This document shows, in pieces, positions 35,458 through 45,841 of a stretch of 60,922 nt of DNA (positions are counted from its first letter, which is position 1; every line of letters begins with the position of its first letter). The stretch comes from Patescibacteria group bacterium (GTDB lineage: Bacteria; Patescibacteriota; Patescibacteriia; Buchananbacterales; UBA6539), in the NCBI GenBank assembly GCA_034003985.1, contig JAVEXP010000004.1:1-60922 (forward strand), given 5' to 3'. The translations under genes were made by a program, and so were the position numbers. The notes under the pieces were generated by a model. The model worked only from the letters and a program-made list of their open reading frames with translations, made no database searches and was not told where the DNA came from.

Positions 35458-35642
35458 TTGACTTATCAGACCGGCTATGATAAGCTAATTTTGACTTAAA
35501 AATTAATCAAAGCCTTTTCCACAATCGTCCTTGCCGGCGATTAACCTTATCCCTCAGGAATAAGGAAAGGTGTTTTCCACTTGAATAACTATAATCAAAA
35601 TAGCGCAAGGGACACCTTTGGGCATTTTTTTTAACCAAAACT
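35458..35642 (+). promoter_or_regulatory. rpsF promoter (TTGACT, 17 nt, TAAGCT) and a structured ~150-nt leader
   Basis: A hairpin CCTTAT-N9-ATAAGG lies at 35545-35565. A long-range helix pairs AAAGGTGT (35566-73) with ACACCTTT (35612-19) and is followed by GGGCATTTTTTTT. The ATG is at 35643. Confidence 0.4.
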
Positions 35643-36098
35643 ATGACCAACCACTACGAACTGCTTTATTTGGTAGCGGCCAGTTACACCGAAGAAGAGC
35701 TGTTGCCGATCAAAGACAATGTTTCCGAAATCATCAAAAAATTCGGCGGCCGAATAACTTTGGAAGACAGTCTGGGCAAAAAAAAATTAGCTTACCCCAT
35801 CAAGACCAATTTCCAGGGCTACTATTTAATTTATGAATTCGACCTTGAAGGTGCGAAACTCAAAGAACTCAATCAGACCATTAAGCTGACCAATGAAATT
35901 CTACGCCATGTTATTGTTAAAAAACCAATCAAGGCTCTAAGTTTGTTGAAAACAACTCAGAAAAAGATTGAACAACAAAAAACCGATACAATCAAAGAAG
36001 AAAAAACCAAAAAAGAACAGGAACAAGATAAAGATAAAATCAAGCTGGAAGAATTGGACGAAAAACTCGACGAAATTCTGGAAGGCAATATCATGTAA
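35643..36098 (+). CDS. rpsF: Ribosomal protein S6 with a long K/E-rich C-terminal tail
   Basis: NHYELLYLV...LGKKKLAYPI...GYYLIYEF. Confidence 0.9.
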   Translation: MTNHYELLYLVAASYTEEELLPIKDNVSEIIKKFGGRITLEDSLGKKKLAYPIKTNFQGYYLIYEFDLEGAKLKELNQTIKLTNEILRHVIVKKPIKALSLLKTTQKKIEQQKTDTIKEEKTKKEQEQDKDKIKLEELDEKLDEILEGNIM

Positions 36099-36156
36099 CT
36101 AATTTACATAAATCCGTTTGTCGACGGACAAAATCAACAAAGCGTGCTAAATATTA

Positions 36157-36603
36157 ATGCACAAAACTATGAATCTAAACAAAGCCATGATTATTGGCAA
36201 CTTAACCAGAGACCCAGAAACTCGGACTACGCCCTCCGGCCAAACGGTCTGCACCTTCAGTGTCGCAACCAATCTAATCTGGACCGACAACAATGGCCAA
36301 AAACAAAAAAAAGCCGAATTTCATAATATCGTTGCCTGGCGGAAACTTGGGGAAATCTGCTCGCAATATCTTAAAAAAGGAAACAAAGTTTATATCGAAG
36401 GCCGTCTGCAAACCAGAGACTGGGAAGGCCAAGACGGTGTCAAGCGCTATCGCACTGAAATTGTTGCTGACAATATGATTATGCTTGATACCAAAGGCAG
36501 CAGTTCCAGCGGGCCGGATGAACAACCCAGTCCGATCGATGATTTCAGCCAGCCGATTTCAAGTGCCGACGATGAAATTCAAGTTGAAAATATTCCCTTC
36601 TAA
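36157..36603 (+). CDS. ssb: Single-stranded DNA-binding protein
   Basis: The OB-fold sequence NLNKAMIIGNLTRDPETR and the C-terminal acidic tip DDEIQVENIPF. Confidence 0.9.
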   Translation: MHKTMNLNKAMIIGNLTRDPETRTTPSGQTVCTFSVATNLIWTDNNGQKQKKAEFHNIVAWRKLGEICSQYLKKGNKVYIEGRLQTRDWEGQDGVKRYRTEIVADNMIMLDTKGSSSSGPDEQPSPIDDFSQPISSADDEIQVENIPF

Positions 36604-36678
36604 ATAATTAAACCAAGGCGAGCTGATTGAAACATTAAGCCTCAGTCAGCTCGCCGTCGCCTCAATCAACATAGAGTT

Positions 36679-36912
36679 ATGAACAAAACTAAAAACAATC
36701 CGCTAGCCAAGCAGAAAAATTGTCACTTCTGCGTCAACAACATTAATGACATTGACTACAAAGACGGCCAAACTCTGCGCCGGTTTATTTCCTCCTACGG
36801 CAAAATCGTTCCACGCAAACGCAGCAATGTCTGTTCCAAACATCAACGCAAACTGGCCGCAGCTATTAAACGAGCCAGGGTAATGTCTTTACTGCCTTTT
36901 AGCACTCGATAA
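36679..36912 (+). CDS. rpsR: Ribosomal protein S18
   Basis: CHFC..IDYKD..LRRFIS..GKIVPRKRSNVCSKHQRKLAAAIKRAR. Confidence 0.9.
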   Translation: MNKTKNNPLAKQKNCHFCVNNINDIDYKDGQTLRRFISSYGKIVPRKRSNVCSKHQRKLAAAIKRARVMSLLPFSTR

Positions 36913-36915
36913 TTT

Positions 36916-37482
36916 ATGTTAGCCATCAGCGATATCAAACAAGGGACAATCTGCAAAATCGACAACCAACCCTATGAAGTAATCTGGACCCAGCATGTCC
37001 AGATGGGTCGGGGCGGAGCGATTTTACGCCTTAAAGTCAAAAATTTGCTTGACGGCCGGGTATTAGAAAAAACCCTCAAAGGTTCAGATACGATGGACTC
37101 CGCCGATTTAAGCCGGACCAAAGTAAACTTTTTGTACCAAGATCAGTCCGGTTTTCATTTTATGGACAACGAAAGTTACGAACAATTCAGTTTTGACGAA
37201 GACCAAATCGGCGAAGACAGAAGTTTTCTTAAAGAAGGTTTGACTGTTACTCTATTAAAATTTGATGACAAGCCGCTCAAGGTTCAGCTGCCAATCAAAG
37301 TCGAATATAAAATTACCAGCGCTCCTGAAGGCGTAAAAGGTGATTCGGCCCAAGGCCGAGTAACCAAAACCGCCGAAATTGAAACCGGCTATAAAATTCA
37401 AGTTCCACTGTTTGTCAAAGAAGGTGAGACCATTAGGGTCAATACCGAAACCGGCGAATATGTTGAACGAGTTACTGAATAA
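36916..37482 (+). CDS. efp: Elongation factor P
   Basis: 188 aa with GRGGAILRLKVKNLLDG and a three-domain length. Confidence 0.9.
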   Translation: MLAISDIKQGTICKIDNQPYEVIWTQHVQMGRGGAILRLKVKNLLDGRVLEKTLKGSDTMDSADLSRTKVNFLYQDQSGFHFMDNESYEQFSFDEDQIGEDRSFLKEGLTVTLLKFDDKPLKVQLPIKVEYKITSAPEGVKGDSAQGRVTKTAEIETGYKIQVPLFVKEGETIRVNTETGEYVERVTE

Positions 37483-37626
37483 TAATCTCAAAAAATAATA
37501 TGGGAATGAACAGCGCCAAAAAAGCTCGGGTCAAACATGCTCAAAAAAATACGGCCAAAGGCCGTGAGCTGGCTCAAAAAACCAAAGAATTACGCCGCCG
37601 CAAAGGCCGCAAAAGCTAAACTCAAA

Positions 37627-37658
37627 ATCCCCGCCCCCAACCGGGCGGGGATTTTTTT
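37627..37658. terminator. Strong intrinsic terminator between the efp region (+) and recA (-)
   Basis: A 10-bp stem ATCCCCGCCC / GGGCGGGGAT followed by TTTTTTT. An A-run on the other side allows bidirectional use. Confidence 0.7.
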
Positions 37659-37686
37659 AACAATTGAAAAACTAAACAAATAAATC

Positions 37687-38721
37687 TTACTTGGCTTCGA
37701 CGCTAGCGGCTTTAATTTTATCTAGTACTTGCTTTCTGATTTGAACCATTAATTTAGGATTTTCTCGTAAATAGCTTTTGGCGTTTTCCCGGCCGACACC
37801 CAACTTTTCTTCGCTGAAACTGTAACTGTTTCCCGATTTATTAATAACTCCCCGTTCCACTCCGATATCAATCAAATCTCCGGCGATTGAGATACCTTCA
37901 TTATACATAATGTCGAACTCGCAAGTCTGGAATGGCGGCGCCACTTTATTTTTGACAATTTTTACTTTTACCCGATTACCAATAATTTTTTCGCCCATCT
38001 TAATTTGAGCCGCCCGGCGAACTTCAATTCTGACCGAAGAATAAAATTTCAAAGCATTCCCGCCCGGTGTGGTTTCGGGATTGCCAAAAAATACACCGAT
38101 TTTATGACGGACCTGATTAATAAAAACTACTGTGGTATTGCTCTTGGACACAATCCCGGCCAGTTTTCGCAAAGCCTGACTCATTAACCTGGCCTGCAAA
38201 CCCATATGAGTGTCGCCCATATCGCCTTCAATTTCCGCTTTGGGAGTCAGAGCGGCAACTGAATCAATTACAATAACATCAACTCCGTTGGATCGCACCA
38301 AAGTTTCAACAATTTCCAAAGCCTGCTCGCCGGTATCCGGTTGAGAGATTAGTAAATCCTTGATGTTAACCCCGATCTTTTTGGCGTAATCCGGATCCAA
38401 AGCATGTTCGGCGTCAACAAAGGCCGCAATGCCACCAAGTTTCTGAACTTCCGCCACAACATGCTGGGCTAAAGTTGTTTTACCGGAAGCTTCCGGTCCA
38501 AAAATTTCAATAATCCTACCCCGGGGTACGCCTCCCACTCCCAAGGCAATATCTAAAGACAGACAGCCGGTCGGCACGGCAGCCACTTCCATCCGTTTGG
38601 CTTCACCCAAACGCATAATTGAACCATCGCCAAACTTTTGTTTGATTTGTTCAATCGCCTGCTGAGTCGCCGCCAATCTGTCGTTTGCGCTAGTTGATTT
38701 TTCCTCTTCTTTCTTAGACAT
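37687..38721 (-). CDS. recA: Recombinase RecA
   Basis: [11 protein letters not shown] (Walker A), the L1/L2 loop regions and ALKFYSSVR. Confidence 0.95.
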   Translation of the reverse strand: MSKKEEEKSTSANDRLAATQQAIEQIKQKFGDGSIMRLGEAKRMEVAAVPTGCLSLDIALGVGGVPRGRIIEIFGPEASGKTTLAQHVVAEVQKLGGIAAFVDAEHALDPDYAKKIGVNIKDLLISQPDTGEQALEIVETLVRSNGVDVIVIDSVAALTPKAEIEGDMGDTHMGLQARLMSQALRKLAGIVSKSNTTVVFINQVRHKIGVFFGNPETTPGGNALKFYSSVRIEVRRAAQIKMGEKIIGNRVKVKIVKNKVAPPFQTCEFDIMYNEGISIAGDLIDIGVERGVINKSGNSYSFSEEKLGVGRENAKSYLRENPKLMVQIRKQVLDKIKAASVEAK

Positions 38722-38737
38722 AGTAAATTCAAGATTA

Positions 38738-39445
38738 TTAATTAAAATTTCCCTCCTGATTGTTGTCCACTACCACAACCTGCAGATATTTTTTAGTCTG
38801 GGTACCGTGCCTTTTTTGAGCTGTCAGTTCAATGATATTAACGCCGCTCTGCAAGTCTAAAGTCTCATCAAACCGGCTGGCCTCGTCAGTTAGGACTTTC
38901 TGGCCGTTGATCTGGAGTGTTGCCTCCGGTTCAATCTGTCCACTAATTTTAACAAAATTTTGTTCCGTTACCAAATTTTGAGCTGGAGAATCCACCAGCA
39001 GCAGCGGCGGGGTAACAATGGCCTTAAATCTAAAACCCAAATAGACCAAACAGGATAAGGCCAAACAAAAAACAATCAAACCCCTGACTATTCTTGGTGT
39101 TACCAACAAGTGCCACGATGAAACTCGTTCAACCGGCTTGTGAAATTGATGCTGGTTAGTTTTTCTAGTGCAGTTGTAAATTTTTTGCTCGCTGCCGTAC
39201 AAAGACAATATTTCCTGATGATCTAGGCCCAAAAATTTAACATAAGATTTTAAAAAACTCTTGGTATAGACCTCACCAGGCAGCCGACGGTAATCACCGT
39301 CTTCCAACGCCGATAAATACTTTGCTGAAATACCAATATTTTTAGCCACTTCCACCAAAGTTAACCTAAACTCTTCCCGCCGATTTTTCAAGCGCTGGCC
39401 GATGGTCAATGGATTGGAAATTTCCTTAAAACTAAAGCCTGCCAT
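38738..39445 (-). CDS. RodZ-like protein: XRE-type HTH, a TM helix and an extracytoplasmic domain
   Basis: I placed the start at MAGFSFKE. The HTH region reads [43 protein letters not shown]. The TM helix is [20 protein letters not shown]. The ORF-track start at 39553 overlaps ftsK. Confidence 0.6.
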   Translation of the reverse strand: MAGFSFKEISNPLTIGQRLKNRREEFRLTLVEVAKNIGISAKYLSALEDGDYRRLPGEVYTKSFLKSYVKFLGLDHQEILSLYGSEQKIYNCTRKTNQHQFHKPVERVSSWHLLVTPRIVRGLIVFCLALSCLVYLGFRFKAIVTPPLLLVDSPAQNLVTEQNFVKISGQIEPEATLQINGQKVLTDEASRFDETLDLQSGVNIIELTAQKRHGTQTKKYLQVVVVDNNQEGNFN

Positions 39446-39452
39446 AATTATT

Positions 39453-41798
39453 TTAATAATATCGTTTATCTTCTTCCGCTTCTTCAAAATCCTCATCAGC
39501 ACCTGGATCTTCCTGATCCAAATCGTCATCAATGCCCTTATCATCGCTATCATTATGACCCGTCAAGCCGACTAATATTTCTCGCGGTTTGGCACCATCA
39601 CCCGGACCAATTACTCCTTGCTGTTCCAATAAATCCAAAATTCTGGCCGCCCGGGCATAGCCAACCCGCAGCCGGCGCTGAAGCAATGAAGCCGAAGCTT
39701 TCTTGGCTCTGAAAATCACTTCCTTGGCCTCATTCAACAAAGGATCGCTGTCGGCGTCATCAACCGATCCACCGCTGCCATCGCCGAACCCGGCTTGCGG
39801 TTTTTCAACCACTTCCTCAATATATTCCGGTTCCTCTTTTTCCTTGAGATAAGAAACTATCCGCTTAATTTCATCATCCGAAGCAAAAGTGCCTTGCAAC
39901 CGTTTTGGTTTGGCAATATCGGCCGAAAGATAAAGCATATCGCCCCGACCAAGCAACTTTTCCGCTCCGGCCATATCCAGAATCGTTCGGGAATCAACCA
40001 GCGATGCCACCGAAAACGCCACCCGGGCTGGAACATTGGCTTTAATCAACCCAGTCAAAACATCAACTGACGGACGCTGAGTAGCCAGCACCAAATGGAT
40101 CCCCACCGCCCGCGACATTTGAGCAAGGCGAACAATTGCTCCTTCAATTTCCGGTCCGGCGGCGGCCATCAAATCGGCCAATTCGTCAATAATGAAAACG
40201 ATATAAGGAATTCTACTGTTTGGGAAATTAGCATTATAACTTTCAATATTGCGATGGTGAGATTCCGACAACATATCAAATCGCTTTTCCATCTCCTTAA
40301 TCGTCCAGCGCAGGGCGTTGACGGTCTTTTTGGTATCGGTAATCACCGGTGTCAACAGATGGGGAATGCTGTTATAGATTGGCAGTTCAACCCGCTTGGG
40401 ATCGACCATAATAAATTTTAAATCACCAGGTCCGTTCTGATAAAGCAAAGATAAAATCACCGAATTAATGCAAACACTTTTGCCCGAACCCGTCGCGCCG
40501 GCAATCAATAAATGCGGCATCTTTTCCAACGGCGCCAACCAGGCACGGCCCATCACATCCTTACCCAATGCCAAAGACAGATTCGACTTGCGATCCTTGA
40601 ATTCCGGACTGGCTAAGACTTCCTTCAACGGCACAATAGCAGTTGCTTGATTGGGCACTTCCACCCCAACCAGCGAACGCCCGGGAATGGGCGCTTCAAT
40701 CCGAATAGGGTGAGCCGCTAAGGCCAAGGCCAAATTATCACTCAGGGCGGTGATGCGCGAAAGTTTAACACCTTCCGCCGGCTTTAAAGTATACTGGGTA
40801 ACGGTCGGGCCAACCTGGGCCTCACCCATCTCCGCATTGATTCCAAAATTTCTCAAAGTTTTTTGGATAATCAATTTATTGGCGGTTAAATCTCCGCCTT
40901 TAGGAGTAGTGGTCTTGCCGTCCAACAAATCAAGCGGCAAATCGATTTTCGATTGTTTGAATTTTCTGACCCCTTCGCTCAATTTGCGATCATCCTGGTT
41001 TTCTTCGATTTCAGTCTTAATCATTGCTTCACCGCTATCCGGCTGATGCCGTCCTCCGACCTGCTCAATATCAACCTCGTGGTGTTCAAATCGCATTTCA
41101 TCCTGCTCAATTTCATTTTGTGGTTCTTCGTTAAAAACCCGGTCGCGTTCAACTTCCGCTTTTCTAATTCGGCGCTGAATCAACAGTTGCTTAATACGCT
41201 GAAACAAATTGGCTTCTTCTTCAGTATTAATATCTTCATCTTCGGCCAACGCCGCCAAGCGGCTGGCCAATATTTTTTCCAAATACGATTCAAATAACAA
41301 AATAAAACCAATCGCCGACAACGCCAAACAAACAATAATTGAAGCCCAGACGCCCATAATTTTCAGTCCGACCCAGGCCACTACCGCGCCGACATAACCA
41401 CCGCCCAAACCGAGCTTGGCACTCGTCCATAAATCAGTTTGATGAAAAAAAACATGAATCAACCCATTAAAACCTAAAACAAAAATAATTAGCCCCAAAA
41501 CATTGGAAAACTTAAAATCATATTTGTTAATTCGCCACAAAAAATAACCGGCCATAATTAAAACCAGCGGCAGATACCACCGGCTAACACCAAACACCAT
41601 CTTCAAAAAAGTGTTTAAATAAACCCCCAAGGTTCCGGCGGCGTCAAATAAGCTTAAAATTGATACTGCCCCGACGACAATCAACAAAATAACCATTATC
41701 CAGCGCTTGGTTTCCGCGCCAACCTCAATTCTGGGCGGGCTAAAATCCAAATCTCGCAGACTTTTAATACGGTTAATTTTTTGTTTTTTCCTTCCCAT
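39453..41798 (-). CDS. ftsK: DNA translocase FtsK/SpoIIIE
   Basis: 781 aa with N-terminal TM helices, Walker A GATGSGKS and a C-terminal gamma-domain winged helix (LLQRRLRVGYARAARILDLLE). Confidence 0.9.
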   Translation of the reverse strand: MGRKKQKINRIKSLRDLDFSPPRIEVGAETKRWIMVILLIVVGAVSILSLFDAAGTLGVYLNTFLKMVFGVSRWYLPLVLIMAGYFLWRINKYDFKFSNVLGLIIFVLGFNGLIHVFFHQTDLWTSAKLGLGGGYVGAVVAWVGLKIMGVWASIIVCLALSAIGFILLFESYLEKILASRLAALAEDEDINTEEEANLFQRIKQLLIQRRIRKAEVERDRVFNEEPQNEIEQDEMRFEHHEVDIEQVGGRHQPDSGEAMIKTEIEENQDDRKLSEGVRKFKQSKIDLPLDLLDGKTTTPKGGDLTANKLIIQKTLRNFGINAEMGEAQVGPTVTQYTLKPAEGVKLSRITALSDNLALALAAHPIRIEAPIPGRSLVGVEVPNQATAIVPLKEVLASPEFKDRKSNLSLALGKDVMGRAWLAPLEKMPHLLIAGATGSGKSVCINSVILSLLYQNGPGDLKFIMVDPKRVELPIYNSIPHLLTPVITDTKKTVNALRWTIKEMEKRFDMLSESHHRNIESYNANFPNSRIPYIVFIIDELADLMAAAGPEIEGAIVRLAQMSRAVGIHLVLATQRPSVDVLTGLIKANVPARVAFSVASLVDSRTILDMAGAEKLLGRGDMLYLSADIAKPKRLQGTFASDDEIKRIVSYLKEKEEPEYIEEVVEKPQAGFGDGSGGSVDDADSDPLLNEAKEVIFRAKKASASLLQRRLRVGYARAARILDLLEQQGVIGPGDGAKPREILVGLTGHNDSDDKGIDDDLDQEDPGADEDFEEAEEDKRYY

Positions 41799-41870
41799 AG
41801 AACGAATCTATTTTATCACAAAAACTTGATTTCGTAAATTGTCCCAACCGCTGCCTGAGCGGCTTTTCCA

Positions 41871-41905
41871 ACAATAAAACTCCGAGGATTAATCGGAGCT
41901 TTATT
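41871..41905 (-). terminator. Candidate terminator after rpoC
   Basis: The minus strand reads caataaagctccga-ttaatcc-tcggagttttattg. Confidence 0.4.
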
Positions 41906-41924
41906 GTCTGATAAACTGAGGTAT

Positions 41925-44900
41925 TTAAATTTCTTCTTCTGATTTAAATCCGGTACCGGCCGGAATTAAACGGCCAATGATGACATTTTCTTTCAATCCT
42001 CTTAGATAATCAATCCGACCTTCCACGGCAGCATTAATCAATACTCGGGAAGTCTCCTGAAAAGAGGCGGCTGACAGAAAGCTTGAGGTTGATAGCGAAA
42101 CTTTGGAAATGCCCAACAATAATTCTTCGGCTGCGGCCGGTTGTTTATTTTCGGCCGCCGCTTTATCATTGGCTTCCAATAGTTCGTCCTTCTCAATCCG
42201 TTGCCCCGGCAGCAGCTCCGTCTGACCGGAGTTGGTCACTAACACTCTGGAAAACATCTGTTTAACGATTATTTCAATATGACGATTATCCAACTTCTGA
42301 CCTTGGGAGGAATAAATCCCCTGGATTTCATTAATAACATAACGCTGGGTTTCTTCCTTGCCTTTTAACCGATGAAGTATGCGTAAATCCAAACTACCGT
42401 TGGTCAACGGTGTGCCTTTGGCTACCAACTCGCCGTCCGATACCATTACATGAAACTCCGGCGGAATTTTATTAACCAAAGCTTTCTCTTCTCTGGTTGT
42501 AACCGCTACTTTTTCTTTGTCCACTTTGGCTTCGCCGCCCTTCTTGGCCACGATTTCTTCGCCATCTTCTTCCAAAATCAACAGATCACCTTTCTTGACC
42601 TTCTGGCCATCTTTAATCTGAACCTTGGCCTTGGTCGCAATCGGATAAATATCCTGATCAAGATGTTCATACATTATTTTGACAATTCGGTAACGATTGG
42701 TTTTATCTTCTTCCTCCTCAGCTCTTTCAATTTTAACCTTCCCGTCAACTTCGGCGATAAAAGCGCGATTCTTCGGCGGCCGGGCTTCAAACACTTCTTC
42801 CACCCGCGGCAAACCTTGAGTGATATCCAAACCAGCCACCCCGCCGGTGTGAAAAGTTCTCATAGTCAGCTGCGTACCAGGCTCACCGATACTCTGGGCG
42901 GCAATCGTTCCCACCGCCGTACCGATTTTAACCAGTTTGTTGTAAGCCAAATCCCAACCATAACACTTCTGACAAACGCCTCGTTTGGTTTGGCAAGTAA
43001 TCACGGATCGCAGTTTAATTTCTGGCAAATCCAAGGCTCTGATTTTCTCAACTGCTTCCGAATCAATAATCTGGCCCTTTTCCAAAATTGTCTTTTTGGT
43101 CTTAGGATCAACAATCTTGTCGACGGCATAGCGTCCCCTGATCCGATCAGCCAGATTCATATTCATTGATTCACTATCCTTCTTGGTGATTGTTACTCCT
43201 TCGGTTGACCCACAATCTTCTTCGGTAATAATTACATCTTGAGAAACATCAATCAACCTTCTGGTTAAATAACCGGCGTTAGCGGTACGCAATGCAGTGT
43301 CCGACAAACCTTTTCTGGCACCGTGGGTCGAAATAAAATATTCTAAGACATCAAAACCTTCTTTAAAGTTACCTTTGACCGGCAATTCGATGATTTCCCC
43401 AGAAGGACTAGTAACCAAACCCTTAATACCGACGATTTGGATCAACTGGCTCCAACTACCGCGCGCGCCGGATTCCACCATTGAAAACACCGGACCAAGC
43501 GGATCCAAAGTATCTTTACTCAAACCGACGATCCGCTCTTTGACATTCATCCAAATTTCAATCACCTTGGTGTGTCGTTCACTGTCGGTTAATAACCCCA
43601 TGTTGTACTGATTTTCCACCTCATCAACCATTTTTTCACCTTCTTCAATAATCTTTTTGCGCTCTTCAATTTTCGGCGTATCGTCCATACCCCAGGAATA
43701 ACCTGATTTAGTGAGATATTTAATGCCCAAAAATTTAATCTTATCCAATAATTTGGCAACATCTTCGGTCTCATACTGTTCCAAAGCTTTGGCAATAATT
43801 TTGCGCAAGACCTTACTATCAATCACTTCGTTGACATACGGATAATCATCCGGCAAAGTTCGGTTAAACAAAATCCGCCCGGCTGATGTTTCAATAATCC
43901 GGTCTTTGTTTCCGGCTAATTTCAATTTCTTTTCCAGCCAGCTGTCCACCCGAATTTTAACCGGTTGTCTAATAGTAATATGTTTCAGGTTATAAGCCAA
44001 AACCGCTTCCTGGGGATCAGCAAAAATTTTGGCTTTTTGACCCGGTTCGGCAATCAAGGATGTCATATAGTAGCATCCCCAAACCATATCTTTGGTCGGC
44101 CGGGCAACCGGATCACCGGTGGCGGGTTTTAAAATATTGCGTGAAGCCAACATTAAATTTTCCGCTTCCCATTTGGCCTTTTCGGTCAACGGCACATGAA
44201 CCGCCATTTGATCACCGTCAAAGTCGGCGTTAAAAGCTTCGCAAACCAACGGATGAACTTGAATCGCCTTGCCTTCAATCAATACCGGTTTAAATGCCTG
44301 AATACCAAGGCGATGAAGCGTTGGCGCGCGGTTCAATAGAACATGTGCATCCTTGACTATTTCTTCCAAGATATCCCAAACCTCGTTGCGACCGCTTTCA
44401 ATAAATCGATTGGCGCTACGAACATTATGGACATACTCGCGGGCGATTAATTTGCTGATAATGAATGGCTTGAATAATTCCAAAGCCATTTTTTTGGGCA
44501 AACCGCACTCACCCAAACGCAAAGTCGGACCAACCACAATCACGCTGCGGCCGGAATAGTCAATTCTCTTTCCCAACAAATTCTGGCGGAATCGGCCCTG
44601 TTTGCCTTTGAGAATGTCGGCCAAAGATTTAAGCATCCGCTTTTGACCGGTTGAAGCCACGACGGTCTTGCCGTGTCTGGCGGAGTTGTCAATTAAAGCA
44701 TCAACCGCTTCTTGAAGCATCCGCTTTTCATTGCGGGAAATTACTTCTGGAGCGTTAAGTTCTTTTAATTGTTTTAAACGATTATTACGATTGATGATTC
44801 GCCGATACAAATCATTAAGGTCGGAAGTGGCAAACCGTCCGCCGTCCAACGGCACCATCGGCCGCAAATCCGGGGGAATCACCGGCACTACTGTCATAAT

Positions 44901-45830
44901 CATCCACTCCGGTCGCAAATTGTTATTTTGAAAATTCTTTACTAATCGTAACCTTTTGGCGGCTTTCTCGTCAGCCGCTGAACCATCAGCCTGAATTTGT
45001 TGTTCCAATTCGACGGCTAACTTATCAAGATTTATTTTTTCCAATAAGTGACGGATACCCTCGGCACCAATTTCGGCTTCAAAAATATGACCATACTTTA
45101 AAGATAAGTCCTGATAAATATGTTCGGAAATTATTTTTAACGGTTTTAAATCTTTCAGTTCTTGTTCGGCCAAGCGCAAAATACTTTCCAGTTCTTTAAT
45201 CTTTTCTTTTTTACCTTCTTCCAAATTCAAAGTCTCGCGCTCAATTAGCTCATTCAATTCTTCTGGTTTAACATCCTTTTTGTCTTGCCCCAACCGGCTC
45301 TTGATCAAATTGGCCTGATGGCCAAAATCAGCTTCAATTTTTTTCTTCTTAGTTTTAAATTCCTGCCTAATTTGTTCCAAAGTTTCCTGTTTTAAATCCT
45401 GATCAACTTCAGTAATGATAAAATCGGCAAAATAAATTACTTTTTCCAAAGCCTGGGGTGACAAATCAAGCATCAGCCCGATTTTGGAAGGTACGCCGCG
45501 CAAAAACCAAATATGTGAACAAGGCGCGGCCAAATCAATATGGCCCATCCGCTCGCGCCGCACCACCGATCTAGTTACTTCCACCCCGCACTTGTCGCAG
45601 ACAATTCCTTTGTAACGAATCTTCTTATATTTGCCACAATAGCATTCCCAGTCCTTTGATGGTCCAAATATTTTTTCACAGAACAAGCCGTCCTTTTCGG
45701 GTTTTTGAGTCCGATAGTTAATAGTTTCCGGCTTTAACACTTCGCCGTGGGACCATTCATGAATCTGATTGGGCGAGGCCAAAGAGAGTTTCAGAGCGTC
45801 GAAATCAATGGTCTTTTTTTCTTCAATCAT
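41925..45830 (-). CDS. rpoC: DNA-directed RNA polymerase subunit beta'
   Basis: 1301 aa with the zinc motif CYCGKYK..CDKCG and the catalytic motif NADFDGD. Confidence 0.95.
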   Translation of the reverse strand: MIEEKKTIDFDALKLSLASPNQIHEWSHGEVLKPETINYRTQKPEKDGLFCEKIFGPSKDWECYCGKYKKIRYKGIVCDKCGVEVTRSVVRRERMGHIDLAAPCSHIWFLRGVPSKIGLMLDLSPQALEKVIYFADFIITEVDQDLKQETLEQIRQEFKTKKKKIEADFGHQANLIKSRLGQDKKDVKPEELNELIERETLNLEEGKKEKIKELESILRLAEQELKDLKPLKIISEHIYQDLSLKYGHIFEAEIGAEGIRHLLEKINLDKLAVELEQQIQADGSAADEKAAKRLRLVKNFQNNNLRPEWMIMTVVPVIPPDLRPMVPLDGGRFATSDLNDLYRRIINRNNRLKQLKELNAPEVISRNEKRMLQEAVDALIDNSARHGKTVVASTGQKRMLKSLADILKGKQGRFRQNLLGKRIDYSGRSVIVVGPTLRLGECGLPKKMALELFKPFIISKLIAREYVHNVRSANRFIESGRNEVWDILEEIVKDAHVLLNRAPTLHRLGIQAFKPVLIEGKAIQVHPLVCEAFNADFDGDQMAVHVPLTEKAKWEAENLMLASRNILKPATGDPVARPTKDMVWGCYYMTSLIAEPGQKAKIFADPQEAVLAYNLKHITIRQPVKIRVDSWLEKKLKLAGNKDRIIETSAGRILFNRTLPDDYPYVNEVIDSKVLRKIIAKALEQYETEDVAKLLDKIKFLGIKYLTKSGYSWGMDDTPKIEERKKIIEEGEKMVDEVENQYNMGLLTDSERHTKVIEIWMNVKERIVGLSKDTLDPLGPVFSMVESGARGSWSQLIQIVGIKGLVTSPSGEIIELPVKGNFKEGFDVLEYFISTHGARKGLSDTALRTANAGYLTRRLIDVSQDVIITEEDCGSTEGVTITKKDSESMNMNLADRIRGRYAVDKIVDPKTKKTILEKGQIIDSEAVEKIRALDLPEIKLRSVITCQTKRGVCQKCYGWDLAYNKLVKIGTAVGTIAAQSIGEPGTQLTMRTFHTGGVAGLDITQGLPRVEEVFEARPPKNRAFIAEVDGKVKIERAEEEEDKTNRYRIVKIMYEHLDQDIYPIATKAKVQIKDGQKVKKGDLLILEEDGEEIVAKKGGEAKVDKEKVAVTTREEKALVNKIPPEFHVMVSDGELVAKGTPLTNGSLDLRILHRLKGKEETQRYVINEIQGIYSSQGQKLDNRHIEIIVKQMFSRVLVTNSGQTELLPGQRIEKDELLEANDKAAAENKQPAAAEELLLGISKVSLSTSSFLSAASFQETSRVLINAAVEGRIDYLRGLKENVIIGRLIPAGTGFKSEEEI

Positions 45831-45841
45831 AATATTTCAAC

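Noticed and set aside
39446-39553. A 36-codon N-terminal extension of the RodZ-like ORF. Similar cases are 27487..27543 for the lipoprotein, 17141..17185 for murI and 35373..35441 for the receiver-like ORF.
   Set aside because: The extensions overlap the upstream gene or the SD region. The internal Met starts give canonical N-termini: an HTH, a lipoprotein signal, IGVFDSGIGG and MKVLIVDP.
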